From: Minisyncoccota bacterium
Lineage (GTDB): Bacteria; Patescibacteriota; Minisyncoccia; JAHIHE01; JAGLIN01
NCBI GenBank assembly: GCA_028690055.1
Contig: JAQVBZ010000003.1
Coordinates: 7,779 to 71,778, forward strand
Reading direction: 5' to 3'
DNA: 64,000 nucleotides
In this document: piece by piece, positions 9,302-19,345 of the stretch
How the letters are laid out: each line of letters begins with the position of its first letter
Numbering within the stretch: position 1 is the stretch's first letter
Position numbers and translations under genes: made by a program
The notes under the pieces: generated by a model
The model's input: only the letters and a program-made list of their open reading frames with translations
Told to the model about the DNA's origin: nothing
The model's database searches: none

Positions 9302-10915
9302 ATGATTAACAAATACATCATAGAAGAAATCGTCAAGCGGGCCGCTGCGGGGAAGAAAGATTTTTCCGAAAAAAAGATATCTAAAATCAAGCGGGCCGCC
9401 TCGAAAAAATTCGGCACCTCCTGTCCTACAAACATTGAGCTACTACGTGAGTATCGCAAACTGTTAGCGCAGAAAGAAATTGTAAAAAGCGAAATCATCG
9501 AGAAAGCGCTGGTCACAAAAGAAATCCGCACCGAGTCTGGCGTGGCTATCGTGGCGATTCTGACCAAACCTTACCCCTGCCCGGGAAAATGCGCCTACTG
9601 CCCCGACGAGAAAAATATGCCCAAGAGTTACCTTTCCAACGAACCGGCCGTGATGCGCGCGGTACTCACCAAATTCCGTCCGTACGAGCAAGTGAAAGCA
9701 CGATTGGAATCGCTGGAAACCACCGGACACAAGACCGACAAGATTGAACTCATCGTAATGGGCGGGACTTTTTCGTATCTTCCCAAACGCTATCAGACTT
9801 GGTTTACCAAAGAATGTTTTCGCGCCTGCAATGAATTTGGCAAAGAAAAGGGAATTTATAAAGATTTAGATTTGGAAGCACAGCAAAAGAAAAACGAAAA
9901 AGCTAAAAAAAGAATCATAGGGCTGACGCTGGAAACGCGTCCGGATTATATCGACGAGAAAGAAATTCTCAGTATGCGCAAATTAGGCGCCACGCGCGTC
10001 GAACTCGGAGTGCAGAGTGTGTATGATGATGTTTTGAAGCTCAACCGGCGCGGACACGGCGTAGCGGAAACCGTGCGCGCCACCCGGCTGCTCAAAGAAG
10101 CGGGCTTCAAGGTCAACTATCATATGATGCCGGAACTCCCCGGCTCCGACGTGGAGCGGGACGTGCAAATGTTCGCGGAGCTTTTTGGCAATCCCGATTT
10201 CCAACCGGATATGATAAAGGTCTATCCCTGCGTAGTCGTCAAAGGCACCCTCATCTATAAATGGCTGCGAACGGGAAAATATCAACCCTATTCCGACCAA
10301 GAGCGCCTCGACATGCTAGCGCGCATCAAGAAGAATCTCCCCTACTATGTCCGCGTCACGCGTCTCATCCGCGACATCCCCTCGACCAGCATCATCGCAG
10401 GCAACAAGATTACGAACCTGAGACAAGCACTCGAAATGAAAAGTGAAAAGGAAGGATGGAAATGCAAATGCATCCGCTGCCGGGAAATACGCAGCGAGAC
10501 GCAGGTAGAAGAAAAAGATTTGCAACTTTTTCGCGAAAGCTACGAAGCATCCGACGGCAAAGAAATTTTTCTCACTTTCGAGGACAAAAAACGCGAACAC
10601 CTCTATTCGCTGCTGCGGCTAAGGATAAATTCCGAAGAAGCCGGTGCCAATCATTTCATCCCCGAACTACGAAACGCCGCTCTCATTCGCGAAGTCCATA
10701 CTTACGGCAAACTCGTGCCAGTCAAAACCCGTGACTCCAAATCCGCCCAGCACATCGGACTCGGGAGAAGGCTTCTTTTGGAAGCGGAAAAAATAGCCCG
10801 TGAAGAATTCGGAGCAAAAAAAATCGCCGTCATCAGCGGTGTGGGCGTGCGTGATTATTACCGTAAAAATGGTTATAAGTTAGAAGGAAGTTATATGGCG
10901 AGAAAATTATTATAG
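9302..10915 (+). CDS. elp3: Elp3 radical SAM/KAT tRNA uridine(34) carboxymethyltransferase
   Basis: RTESGVA.VA, CPGKCAYCP, MGGTF, LETRPD, RVELGVQS, KCKCIRCRE, REVHTYG, QHIGLGRRLL, SGVGVRDYYRK. Confidence 0.93.
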   Translation: MINKYIIEEIVKRAAAGKKDFSEKKISKIKRAASKKFGTSCPTNIELLREYRKLLAQKEIVKSEIIEKALVTKEIRTESGVAIVAILTKPYPCPGKCAYCPDEKNMPKSYLSNEPAVMRAVLTKFRPYEQVKARLESLETTGHKTDKIELIVMGGTFSYLPKRYQTWFTKECFRACNEFGKEKGIYKDLDLEAQQKKNEKAKKRIIGLTLETRPDYIDEKEILSMRKLGATRVELGVQSVYDDVLKLNRRGHGVAETVRATRLLKEAGFKVNYHMMPELPGSDVERDVQMFAELFGNPDFQPDMIKVYPCVVVKGTLIYKWLRTGKYQPYSDQERLDMLARIKKNLPYYVRVTRLIRDIPSTSIIAGNKITNLRQALEMKSEKEGWKCKCIRCREIRSETQVEEKDLQLFRESYEASDGKEIFLTFEDKKREHLYSLLRLRINSEEAGANHFIPELRNAALIREVHTYGKLVPVKTRDSKSAQHIGLGRRLLLEAEKIAREEFGAKKIAVISGVGVRDYYRKNGYKLEGSYMARKLL

Positions 10916-10947
10916 AAACCTCCTAAAATTTCTAAATAACGCGGGGG

Positions 10948-11024
10948 TATCATCCTGAATGTAGCGGAGCGGAACGAAGGATCCCGTTACTATAATGGGA
11001 TTTTCGGAGTACCTCAGAATGACA
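10948..11024. repeat. GTCA-family palindromic element
   Basis: TATCATCCTGA...GAAGGATCCCG...GGGATTTTCGGAGTACCTCAGAATGACA; roughly the reverse complement of 27779-27865. Confidence 0.75.
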
Positions 11025-11294
11025 CGGTTCATTTAAATAAATTTAATCAACATATTTTGTAAATTGTATTTAACCACATCCCGAAAGGATGTGCGAAAGC
11101 AGGTAAAAACATAATCAATGAAATATCGTCTGGTGCGTATGGTTCACGCCCTTTCAGTCGTGGTCCAACAAATTAAAAACGCATTCCATAGAAACGTTAT
11201 ATTCTATGAATTATATTTAGGGGTCACGTCTGAAAAGGTATGAATGTTAAGCAAGGCATTTTTCTCTTGAGATAAAAAATTCTTGTTTTCGACG

Positions 11295-12008
11295 CTATCT
11301 TCTCATTTCCAAAACAATCTCCTCTCCGTTTTCTTTTCTTTTTCCCGCACGATCATAATAGCCTATTCTGACATCAGAAAAACCTGCTCCTTCCGCCAGC
11401 GCGCGTAATTCCTCCTCGGAAAATTGGTGCACGAAACGATTTACTATTGCCCCGCGTGTACCTTTCCAAGGCACGGTAACATCGCCACTGATTTTTCCCT
11501 CTAGTTGCGACCCGATATCAAACCGGCCACTCGCCCATTCGTTAAAAAGATTCCAGACAGTGATTTTCACGCGACCGTTCGGTCGCAAGACCCTCCGTAT
11601 CTCCTCGAAAAACTTTTTGTGCAGCAGGGGCGATGGCAGATGATGCAATACCGCAAAACTGATTATAAAATCAAATTCTTCGTCTCTGACCGGCAATTCT
11701 GTCGCCTCGCCTATGACAAAACGCACCCGGCCACTCTCGATTGCTCCCATATACCTTTCCTCGGCAATATCGATCAGGTTCTCCGCGATATCTACACCCA
11801 TATAACAAGCTTCTTTCTTCAACAGAAAAGGCAGCATCAGCCCGTTGCCGCAGCCGATGTCCAGCACTGTCGCGCCTGTCGGCAAATCGCCGATAAGGTT
11901 AAGCTTGATCTGCGAAGGTCGGCTCCGACTCTGATCCCATTCCCGAGCGATAAGATTGTAGTCGTCTTTAACTTTTTTCACTATCCTCTGCGGATCGGTT
12001 TGTGACAT
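11295..12008 (-). CDS. class I SAM methyltransferase, Trm9/ALKBH8-MTase-like
   Basis: YNLIAREWDQSRSRP, VLDIGCGNG, FDFIISFAVLHHL, RVLRPNG...TVW, RFVHQFSEEEL. Confidence 0.8.
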   Translation of the reverse strand: MSQTDPQRIVKKVKDDYNLIAREWDQSRSRPSQIKLNLIGDLPTGATVLDIGCGNGLMLPFLLKKEACYMGVDIAENLIDIAEERYMGAIESGRVRFVIGEATELPVRDEEFDFIISFAVLHHLPSPLLHKKFFEEIRRVLRPNGRVKITVWNLFNEWASGRFDIGSQLEGKISGDVTVPWKGTRGAIVNRFVHQFSEEELRALAEGAGFSDVRIGYYDRAGKRKENGEEIVLEMRR

Positions 12009-12106
12009 ATATTTAAAATTACAATAAAAAGTTGCTACCTTAATAATAGTTTTTATAGGAACTTTTGTCTACAAAAAAAGGGAAGAGCATAAGTTCTTCC
12101 TTAAAT

Positions 12107-12544
12107 TTAAAACGGTAAGATTATATCGTCGGCGTCGAAATTTATTTCGAGTACTACATCTTGTAGCGGGCGCCAGTTACCGTGAACATAAACTTTGAAG
12201 TTAAATTTCGTACTTGCTGGAATCAAATGCCACAGGGCTTCGTATGCAGTATTTATTTCACTGCGATCGAACTCTAGGTGGTACGTCTTATCATACTTAT
12301 CTATGCGCTCTAACATCTTTATAAATAATGTAGGACTGCTGCATATTTTAAACGCTACTTCCGAACTCGGAATTTCCACATCTATACCACCGGATTCTGA
12401 GGCAGTAAGAGAGTATAATTTGCCTTCGGTGTCTCCATAACTGCGCTTTGCAGGAGACGCAGTAGCTGACGATACGGTTGTCGACAGCACAATCAGCACG
12501 ATAAGTACCGATGATATTTTCCGTATTTTTCTCGATGAGATCAT
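12107..12544 (-). CDS. hypothetical secreted protein
   Basis: Signal peptide-like N-terminus ending ATA; AGGAG SD; terminator hairpin at about 12074-12101. Confidence 0.7.
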   Translation of the reverse strand: MISSRKIRKISSVLIVLIVLSTTVSSATASPAKRSYGDTEGKLYSLTASESGGIDVEIPSSEVAFKICSSPTLFIKMLERIDKYDKTYHLEFDRSEINTAYEALWHLIPASTKFNFKVYVHGNWRPLQDVVLEINFDADDIILPF

Positions 12545-13047
12545 TCTATCTTTCTCCTAAATAGAAAAACCCCCAACCACCGTCGTCAATCCTAGCATAA
12601 AAATATTATTTGTCAGTTGATTGATCTGATTTTAGCTGCGGATTTATTTACAAAGAAGCGCGAAATAATCCGCCTTTTAAGACCACGAACTATGGTAGGG
12701 CCAGGCTGAGGCTCCTTTTTTCTCATGACTTCAGATGCCTGCAAATAGCCATAAAACTGCCCTTGATTCCCATTCCGAAACTAACCGGAAGCAAGACTCA
12801 GCTCATCCACAAAATCCCCGAAGGAATAATCATATGGATTGGATAAAATCAGAAAATACTTTCTGCCATCCCTTTAATATCCAAAAAACAGAAAAAATGT
12901 CCGGCAAATAAAACTATAAAAATAGCCAAGCTGTTCCAAGGGCATAACCGAACTTCTCGCAGCCTCATCCATTTTTGAAAGATAAAAAACAGACATAAAA
13001 ATTCTTATTTCTCGAATCTTTATGCCCGCACTGCATGATTTACAATT

Positions 13048-13479
13048 TTATATTTTCATTTCTTCGACCAGCTTTCTTACATCCGGGCCATAGTCATCCT
13101 GATACCCCTCATCACCGATACATGCGCGTTTTGACACTTGTCTGCTCCACATCCATTCTCCGTCCTTTATTTCGAACTGCATATTAGGAACAAAGAAATA
13201 TACCCGCGCATGGAACTGCGCCGCATCTGCGACATCATCGACGGTCCATTCATGAAGATGGATACCGTTTTCGCCAACGAATTGCACCCCTTGCTGCCCG
13301 AGTTGCATCGCACACCTATCACTGGTAGCGATTTTAATATCACTGATTTTATCGAAATGGACCTGGAATGATTCGGTCCCGCTTTTTTCAAAATGATAAG
13401 CGGATGCCGGTTGTACTGCTATGACTATGGATAGCAACGATACGATGGCCAAGGAAGAAAGCCCCTTTTTGTTCTCCAT
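13048..13479 (-). CDS. hypothetical secreted protein
   Basis: Probable start MENKK at 13479 with GAGGTG SD 6 nt upstream; signal peptide ending PASA. Confidence 0.7.
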   Translation of the reverse strand: MENKKGLSSLAIVSLLSIVIAVQPASAYHFEKSGTESFQVHFDKISDIKIATSDRCAMQLGQQGVQFVGENGIHLHEWTVDDVADAAQFHARVYFFVPNMQFEIKDGEWMWSRQVSKRACIGDEGYQDDYGPDVRKLVEEMKI

Positions 13480-13604
13480 ATTTTTCACCTCAACAGAAAC
13501 GTGTGCCGTATTCACAAAAAGACGCAAAAATTTTGCGCCTTTTTGTAAAATACGACCCACTGTCAGTTCAACCTAAAACCTGGTTTGAATCGACCTTACA
13601 ATCG

Positions 13605-14525
13605 TTATGACTTCAGATATCGGCGGATGGCAATGAAGCTGCTCAAGATTCCCATGCCTACCCCGATTAGAAGTAATACCCCGCTGATGTTCCAGAAATT
13701 GCCTATGAAATAGTCATACAGATAAAAACCGGAAAAGATTTGTGCCATCCGTACGGACAGCGAAACAGACAAGAGGTAAGTGAGTAGCATGGTTACGGCG
13801 CATCCTATCACCCCGAAAATCGCGCCCTCGATAACAAAAGGCAGCTTGATATACCAGTTGCTCGCTCCCACCAGCCGCATAATCTCAATTTCGACTCGAT
13901 GCGAATACATCGCTAATCGTATAGTATTGAAAGCAATCAAGATACTGATGGCCACGAAGAGCAGCGTGAGCGTGGTGATACCCCGACGAACATTATCGAG
14001 CGCATTGGAAAGACTCTCGATTACGTCTTTATTCTCTCCGTAGTCCACTTCCTTAATGATTGATTTATAGTTCTGATTGCCTTTGATATAATCATCTACT
14101 GTCTCAAACTGTCCCAGCTCATTGGTCTTTATATTAAGCACGGCGAAGAGAGGATTATCCCCCAACTCTTCAAGGCTCTCATTGATATCCTGATCATCCA
14201 CATGCGCCTCTTTAAAACTTAAGAGAGCCTGATCTTTGGAGACATAAATCACGCCCTTGACCTCCGACATATTTTCCAAATCCTTCTTGAGACTGAGAAT
14301 TTTCTCCTCGCTGGCATCGTCCTGGAACTGGATGGAGATATCTATCTTGTTCTGGAAAGATTGCAGGGTATGATTTCCCACCGCATCGATTACCAGGCTT
14401 ACAGATACGGTAAAGAGCGCTATCACGATAATTATAACGGTCGCCATATTCAGCCAAACGTTCCGGGTTAAATCCTGAACGGCTGAAGTTATAAGCCTCT
14501 TGAAACTTCTACTCCAAAACATCAT
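13605..14525 (-). CDS. ftsX: cell division permease FtsX
   Basis: FNTIRLAMYSHRVEIEIMRLVGASNWYIKLPFVIEG; downstream of ftsE. Confidence 0.92.
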   Translation of the reverse strand: MMFWSRSFKRLITSAVQDLTRNVWLNMATVIIIVIALFTVSVSLVIDAVGNHTLQSFQNKIDISIQFQDDASEEKILSLKKDLENMSEVKGVIYVSKDQALLSFKEAHVDDQDINESLEELGDNPLFAVLNIKTNELGQFETVDDYIKGNQNYKSIIKEVDYGENKDVIESLSNALDNVRRGITTLTLLFVAISILIAFNTIRLAMYSHRVEIEIMRLVGASNWYIKLPFVIEGAIFGVIGCAVTMLLTYLLSVSLSVRMAQIFSGFYLYDYFIGNFWNISGVLLLIGVGMGILSSFIAIRRYLKS

Positions 14526-14596
14526 TTTTGTTTCTGAAAATTGATAAAGATTATATCACAAAGACTATATATACGTGTATGACTTTGTAAATATCG

Positions 14597-14631
14597 CCCC
14601 CTCTCCCATCGGGAGAGGGTTAGGGTGGGGG
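14597..14631. repeat. CCCTCTCCC-family palindromic repeat
   Basis: CCCCCTCTCCCATCGGGAGAGGGTTAGGGTGGGGG; other copies at 38628, 56148 and 63369. Confidence 0.75.
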
Positions 14632-14687
14632 AGGAATAATGCTCTTGTATCCCAATCCTATTTTTCACAGTTCCGTCCCGCGTAATA

Positions 14688-14718
14688 ACGGGATCCTTCG
14701 GAGTACCTCAGAATGACA
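14688..14718. repeat. GTCA-family palindromic repeat
   Basis: ACGGGATCCTTCGGAGTACCTCAGAATGACA between ftsE and ftsX. Confidence 0.8.
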
Positions 14719-14727
14719 GGTTAAATC

Positions 14728-15411
14728 TTATATGATATATTTCCCTCGGTCAAGCTGGTCCTTGGCAATCCTGCCGTTGTCAATCGTAATGACTCTTTTA
14801 TTGAGAAGGTTTACCACTTCGTGATTGTGCGTCGCCAGAATGACAGTAGTACCGTACTGATTAATTTTGGTGAGCAATTGCACGATATCCCAAGTGTTGA
14901 CCATATCCAAGTTTCCCGTCGGCTCATCCGCCACAATGATATCCGGACGGTGTACCAATGCCCTCGCAATCGAAACGCGCTGCTTCTCTCCGCCCGAAAG
15001 CTCATGAGGATAGCGGGCGACTTTCTCTGCCAAACCGACGATGTCCAAAACTTGCGGCACATCAATCTCGATTTCCTGATCACTCTTGCCGGAAACTTCC
15101 ATAGCAAAAGCCACGTTCTCAAAAACGGTTTTTTTGTCCAGAAGTTTGAAATCTTGGAAGACCACGCCGATATGTCTACGCAACACGGGCAGCTTGCTTT
15201 CCTTGATCTGAGTGATATCGCGACCCTTGATATAAACTTTGCCCTGTGTCGGTTTTTCTTCGGCAAATATCATCTTGAGCAACGTGGACTTCCCCGCCCC
15301 GCTCTGGCCGACGATAGAAACGAACTCCCCTTCTTTGATTTCGAAATTGATATCATGAAGAGCGGCTCCGTTCTGGTTGTATTGTTTAAAAACGTTATCA
15401 AAAAGTATCAT
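14728..15411 (-). CDS. ftsE: cell division ATP-binding protein FtsE
   Basis: GQSGAGKST, GVVFQDFKLL, LSGGEKQRV, ADEPTGNLD. Confidence 0.93.
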   Translation of the reverse strand: MILFDNVFKQYNQNGAALHDINFEIKEGEFVSIVGQSGAGKSTLLKMIFAEEKPTQGKVYIKGRDITQIKESKLPVLRRHIGVVFQDFKLLDKKTVFENVAFAMEVSGKSDQEIEIDVPQVLDIVGLAEKVARYPHELSGGEKQRVSIARALVHRPDIIVADEPTGNLDMVNTWDIVQLLTKINQYGTTVILATHNHEVVNLLNKRVITIDNGRIAKDQLDRGKYII

Positions 15412-15538
15412 CTTTTGGTTCTTTATATCTTATGCCGAATTAACGCAATGCTATAAGCATCTTACATCCCATCGAGAAGGCAGGGCCGGTAGAAACAAAT
15501 AATTTTTAAACATTATTTTCTCCGCATTGTCCGATTTT

Positions 15539-16000
15539 CTACTTCTTCTCCGCTTTCGCCTTCTTTAATTTGAAGACTTTTCTCTCATTATATTCCGAAA
15601 CTTTTCCGTTATTCCACTGCTGTACCGGGCGCAAATATCCCACCACGCGCGAATAAACTTCGCAGGGCTGTTCAATCAGACATTTGGGGCAAGTAAAATG
15701 TTCTCCTACCAAATAGCCATGATTCGGGCAAATGCTGAAAGTCGGAGTCAGCGACAGATAAGGCAGAGAATGCTTCTCGAAAATCTTCTTAATGATCAGT
15801 TTAGCCTCTTGACCGCTCGGCAGTCTCTCTCCTACAAAAGCGTGTAGCACTGTTCCTCCGGTATATTTGGTCTGTAACGGATCTTGCAATCTTACCGCTT
15901 CAAAGAGATCGTCAGTATATCCTACCGGCAGCTGAGTCGAATTGGTGTAATATGGTTCTCCTTTTGCTTTAGCTTCCTGAATTTTTGTAGCTTTTGTCAT
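15539..16000 (-). CDS. stand-alone C-terminal domain of class III ribonucleotide reductase (NrdD-like)
   Basis: PYYTNSTQLP, YTGGTVLH, TPTFSICPNHGY..GE...CPKC, YSRVVGYLRPV; only about 153 aa, whereas full NrdD is several times longer. Confidence 0.85.
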   Translation of the reverse strand: MTKATKIQEAKAKGEPYYTNSTQLPVGYTDDLFEAVRLQDPLQTKYTGGTVLHAFVGERLPSGQEAKLIIKKIFEKHSLPYLSLTPTFSICPNHGYLVGEHFTCPKCLIEQPCEVYSRVVGYLRPVQQWNNGKVSEYNERKVFKLKKAKAEKK

Positions 16001-16089
16001 AGTTTTAAAATTATGTTTTAAAAATATCCGGTCCAAACAAGATTCTTTATATTACTGTGCCGAATTTCTCGTCGTCAGCGATAATCGTT

Positions 16090-16863
16090 TTAATTGACTC
16101 CCGCCCATACTTTCGCGACATCATAAGAGTCGAACTGCTGCTGCTGCAAAGACCTCATATCTACTCCAAAAGCCCCGTAGTCTTTATTAGCCAAATCATA
16201 AATCGCCGTCTGATAAATCATTTTGCTGTCATCCGTCGAGAAGACAACGTTACCTACCATATCATATTTACTATCCATGATTCCAAAAGACATAAATTCA
16301 TCTTTTCGCGCAGGATTGTAAAGTTTAAATATCACTGAACCGTCAATACTATCAGTACTTACAACCACGAGAGTAGTTCTATCATGAGATATGGTCTTCA
16401 CGGAACCCTCTGTTTCTCCGTATATTTTTTCCATTTGCCCGGATTTCAAATCAATTCTATAGAGACATGAATAATTATCTTCGAACGGTATATATCCGCC
16501 CGCCCCTTCGCGCTTCGTAGTCAAGAACAGACTATTGCCAGCCTGAGCCAAACGTTTAACGGAAAAATAAAAATCTTCTTTCATCTTCCCGATTTCGATT
16601 TCTCCGTTCTTAACCGTAAACACCTGAGAAATATCCTTCCCGTCCTCCGCCTCTATTTTTAGATTATCAAGAGAAATTGCATTTCCGATTTTATTGTTTT
16701 CTACGGCCTGTTCAGGGTTTTTGTCCCCCATAAAGACACTGAAATTATCGAAATAATACAAAGTCGCGCATATCAGCAAAATAACTGCCAACGCCAGAAC
16801 AGTTTCTAACGGATTCTTCTTTTTTTCCGGAGAATTCCCCGCATTCTCGACCCACTCTTCCAT
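16090..16863 (-). CDS. hypothetical single-TM protein with beta-rich ectodomain
   Basis: 257-aa ORF with an N-terminal TM helix. Confidence 0.7.
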   Translation of the reverse strand: MEEWVENAGNSPEKKKNPLETVLALAVILLICATLYYFDNFSVFMGDKNPEQAVENNKIGNAISLDNLKIEAEDGKDISQVFTVKNGEIEIGKMKEDFYFSVKRLAQAGNSLFLTTKREGAGGYIPFEDNYSCLYRIDLKSGQMEKIYGETEGSVKTISHDRTTLVVVSTDSIDGSVIFKLYNPARKDEFMSFGIMDSKYDMVGNVVFSTDDSKMIYQTAIYDLANKDYGAFGVDMRSLQQQQFDSYDVAKVWAGVN

Positions 16864-16978
16864 ATTTTTTACAGATTAGGTTAAGATTAGGCTAAAAAAT
16901 ATCAGTTATCCGTTAGGCAGCTTTTATTGCGAAACAGTTATGCATTCCGTACTCCCATTATACATCAAAAAGTTATTT

Positions 16979-17344
16979 TTAGGTAGTCGCACTCTCCACT
17001 ACTTTCTTATCAGCCTTTCTTTCCTTCAAGAAAAAGAAAATTCCGGCAGAAATATAAAATAATGCGGACACGAAAGATAGAGAGGCGAGAGAATACGCAC
17101 CCAAAACATCGATTGTAGCCGTAGTTGCAAATATCATAAATATTACCACCAATACACTTAAAACAGCTCCCGCAAATTTTCTCCGGCTAGACGACAAACC
17201 GACCACTTTCCTCTTCAACCTCAAGAAAACAACAGGAGAAATAAATATAAAAGAATACAGGACAATAGCTAAATAACCGCCAAGTCCGATTCCATCAGAA
17301 CAATGATTCTGATAGCACCTTATATCATCGGGAACGACAGACAA
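16979..17344 (-). CDS. hypothetical membrane protein (5' end possibly frameshifted)
   Basis: Three hydrophobic helices; an out-of-frame ATG at 17402 may be the original start. Confidence 0.5.
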   Translation of the reverse strand: MSVVPDDIRCYQNHCSDGIGLGGYLAIVLYSFIFISPVVFLRLKRKVVGLSSSRRKFAGAVLSVLVVIFMIFATTATIDVLGAYSLASLSFVSALFYISAGIFFFLKERKADKKVVESATT

Positions 17345-17421
17345 AAAAGTAAAGATAAGATAAAAATCCCCATAATGCCAAACGCCAGCCTTTAATTTTC
17401 ATCTTTATAGCTAAAATAAAA

Positions 17422-18508
17422 TTAACTCCTCAGCCTCGCCTCGATAAAACCCTCGATATCTCCATCCAGCACATCTTCTGTCTGTGCCGTTTCCATTTTG
17501 GTTCGATGATCCTTGACCATTTTGTAGGGATGCAAAACATAGGACCTGATCTGATTTCCCCACTCTGCCGATTTATATTCTCCCCGCAAATCCCGTTTCG
17601 CCTTTTCTTCTTCTTCTTTTCTCAGCGTATATAATTTTGACCGCAACATATTCATCGCCTCCTCTTTGTTCTGCATCTGGCTTCTTTCGTTCTGGCACGC
17701 TACCACGATTCCGGTCGCAAGATGCGTGATGCGTACCGCCGAGTCCGTTTTGTTGACATGTTGCCCACCTGCGCCCGAGGAACGATAGGTGTCGATGCGG
17801 ATTTCTTCATCCCTTATCGGTACTTCGGCATTGTCAGCGATTTCCGGCAGAACTTCAACCGAAGCAAAAGATGTTTGACGCAAGCTGTCTGCATTAAAAG
17901 GCGACAAACGTACCAATCGATGCACTCCGATTTCATTTTTCAGATAACCGTAAGCATATTTACCCGTAACCTTAAAAGTAGCACTCTTGATGCCGGCCTC
18001 CTCGCCGCGAGAATCATGAGTGATTTGCGTTTTGTAATTTTTTCTTTCCGCATACCGAAGATACATCCGAAGCAGCATCTCGGAGAAATCCTGAGCATCC
18101 ACTCCGCCCGCCCCGGAGCGTATCGTCACGATAGCATTGGACGGATCATTTTTTCCGTTCATAAAGACCAAATGCTCGTTTTTTAGAAAGATTTCCTCGA
18201 TTTCAGCAAGTTTATTTTCGATTTCCGCCTTAAGTTCTTTATCCTCCTCACTTTCCGCGAGTTTCGCCATTTCCTCCAAACTTGCGACTTCATCCCGGAG
18301 TCCATTCCAAAAAGCGATCGTTTCTCGACCGTTCTCGATTTGCCGCATTATCTTCCCTGCCTTCTCCGGCTCGCTCCAAAAGTCTTCTTTCTGACTCAAA
18401 GACTCCAGTTCCCACACCTCTTTTTCCTTTTGAGCGAGGTCAAAGACGGTCACTTACGGCAAGTATCCTGTCTTTCAGATCCTCAATTTTTTCGATGGTT
18501 TCTTTCAT
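17422..18508 (-). CDS. prfB: peptide chain release factor 2 with programmed +1 frameshift
   Basis: SPF and GGQ motifs; upstream frame MKETIEKIEDLKDRILAVSDRL ends in CTT TGA C at 18445-18439. Confidence 0.95.
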
Positions 18509-18605
18509 GGGGAAATTATAGCATAGAATAAATATAATAAAAAATGGACGAAATAAAAGGCCTTCAAAAAGAATCAGGCCTCAAAACTTCAGTTTTTGAT
18601 TGTTT

Positions 18606-18920
18606 TTATTTTCTTCTAAGCGACACTATGTAATATTTAGTGTCGTCTTTTTCCGCTTCCTGTCCTATTACATCCCTTTTTTCTTCCCGCCTAATTTCTT
18701 CGCAGACAATTTTAAACGATTTCACTTTAAACGATTTCAATGCCTCTTCTGCCCCCTCCTTAAAAACCGACGTATTCTCTTCAGCTCCTATCCAAATAGG
18801 GAAGGTGTAACCTTTGCCTTCTTTTTTGGCTGCACCTATCTCTTTTTGACAAAACCCAATCACGTCACTCGCAATTTTTTTTATTTTTTTTATTTCTTCT
18901 TTACTTTTATCTTTAGTCAT
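18606..18920 (-). CDS. hypothetical small charged protein
   Basis: 104 aa; GGAGGT SD; upstream TGGACA-N17-TACAAT promoter; hairpin downstream. Confidence 0.7.
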   Translation of the reverse strand: MTKDKSKEEIKKIKKIASDVIGFCQKEIGAAKKEGKGYTFPIWIGAEENTSVFKEGAEEALKSFKVKSFKIVCEEIRREEKRDVIGQEAEKDDTKYYIVSLRRK

Positions 18921-19122
18921 GACTTACCTCCAAAATTTTATTGTTTACCCCACAGAGCTTTTCCTGGGAGGGGTAACTTCATATTGTATATTAGTCTTAC
19001 CCGGATGTCCAGCCAATCATCTATATCTCGAAACCGGATGAATTATTTTAAAATTATTTGCTGTCACCGATTGTTGTCCGTAAAATAAAAAACAAGCCTT
19101 TACAAAGGTTTGTTTTATGATG

Positions 19123-19195
19123 AGCCATCTGTCGGGATCGGACCGACGACCTGCGGTTTACGATACCGCCGCTCTACCAACTGAGCTAAGATGGC
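19123..19195 (-). tRNA. tRNA-Thr(CGT)
   Basis: Cloverleaf with acceptor GCCATCT/AGATGGC and anticodon arm GCGGT-ATCGTAA-ACCGC; CCA not encoded. Confidence 0.9.
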
Positions 19196-19345
19196 CGAAA
19201 AAACTAAAAATGCCCAGAATAAATCTTGCATATTCATCTTATATTCTATTAGGAAATAGGTCAAGATGCACAGTTGGTTCAATCGTCTCGATTGAAATTT
19301 CCGTTTTTATTTCACAAAAAACTTTTCCATTTTATATTACCCTAC

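Noticed and set aside
11070-11110. c-di-GMP-I riboswitch-like GAAA hairpin
   Set aside because: Lies between convergent 3' ends, lacks the other stems, and pairs with an inverted partner at about 11145-11164 like a REP doublet
12620-12980. Possible degraded gene on the minus strand
   Set aside because: Multiple stops and no recognisable family
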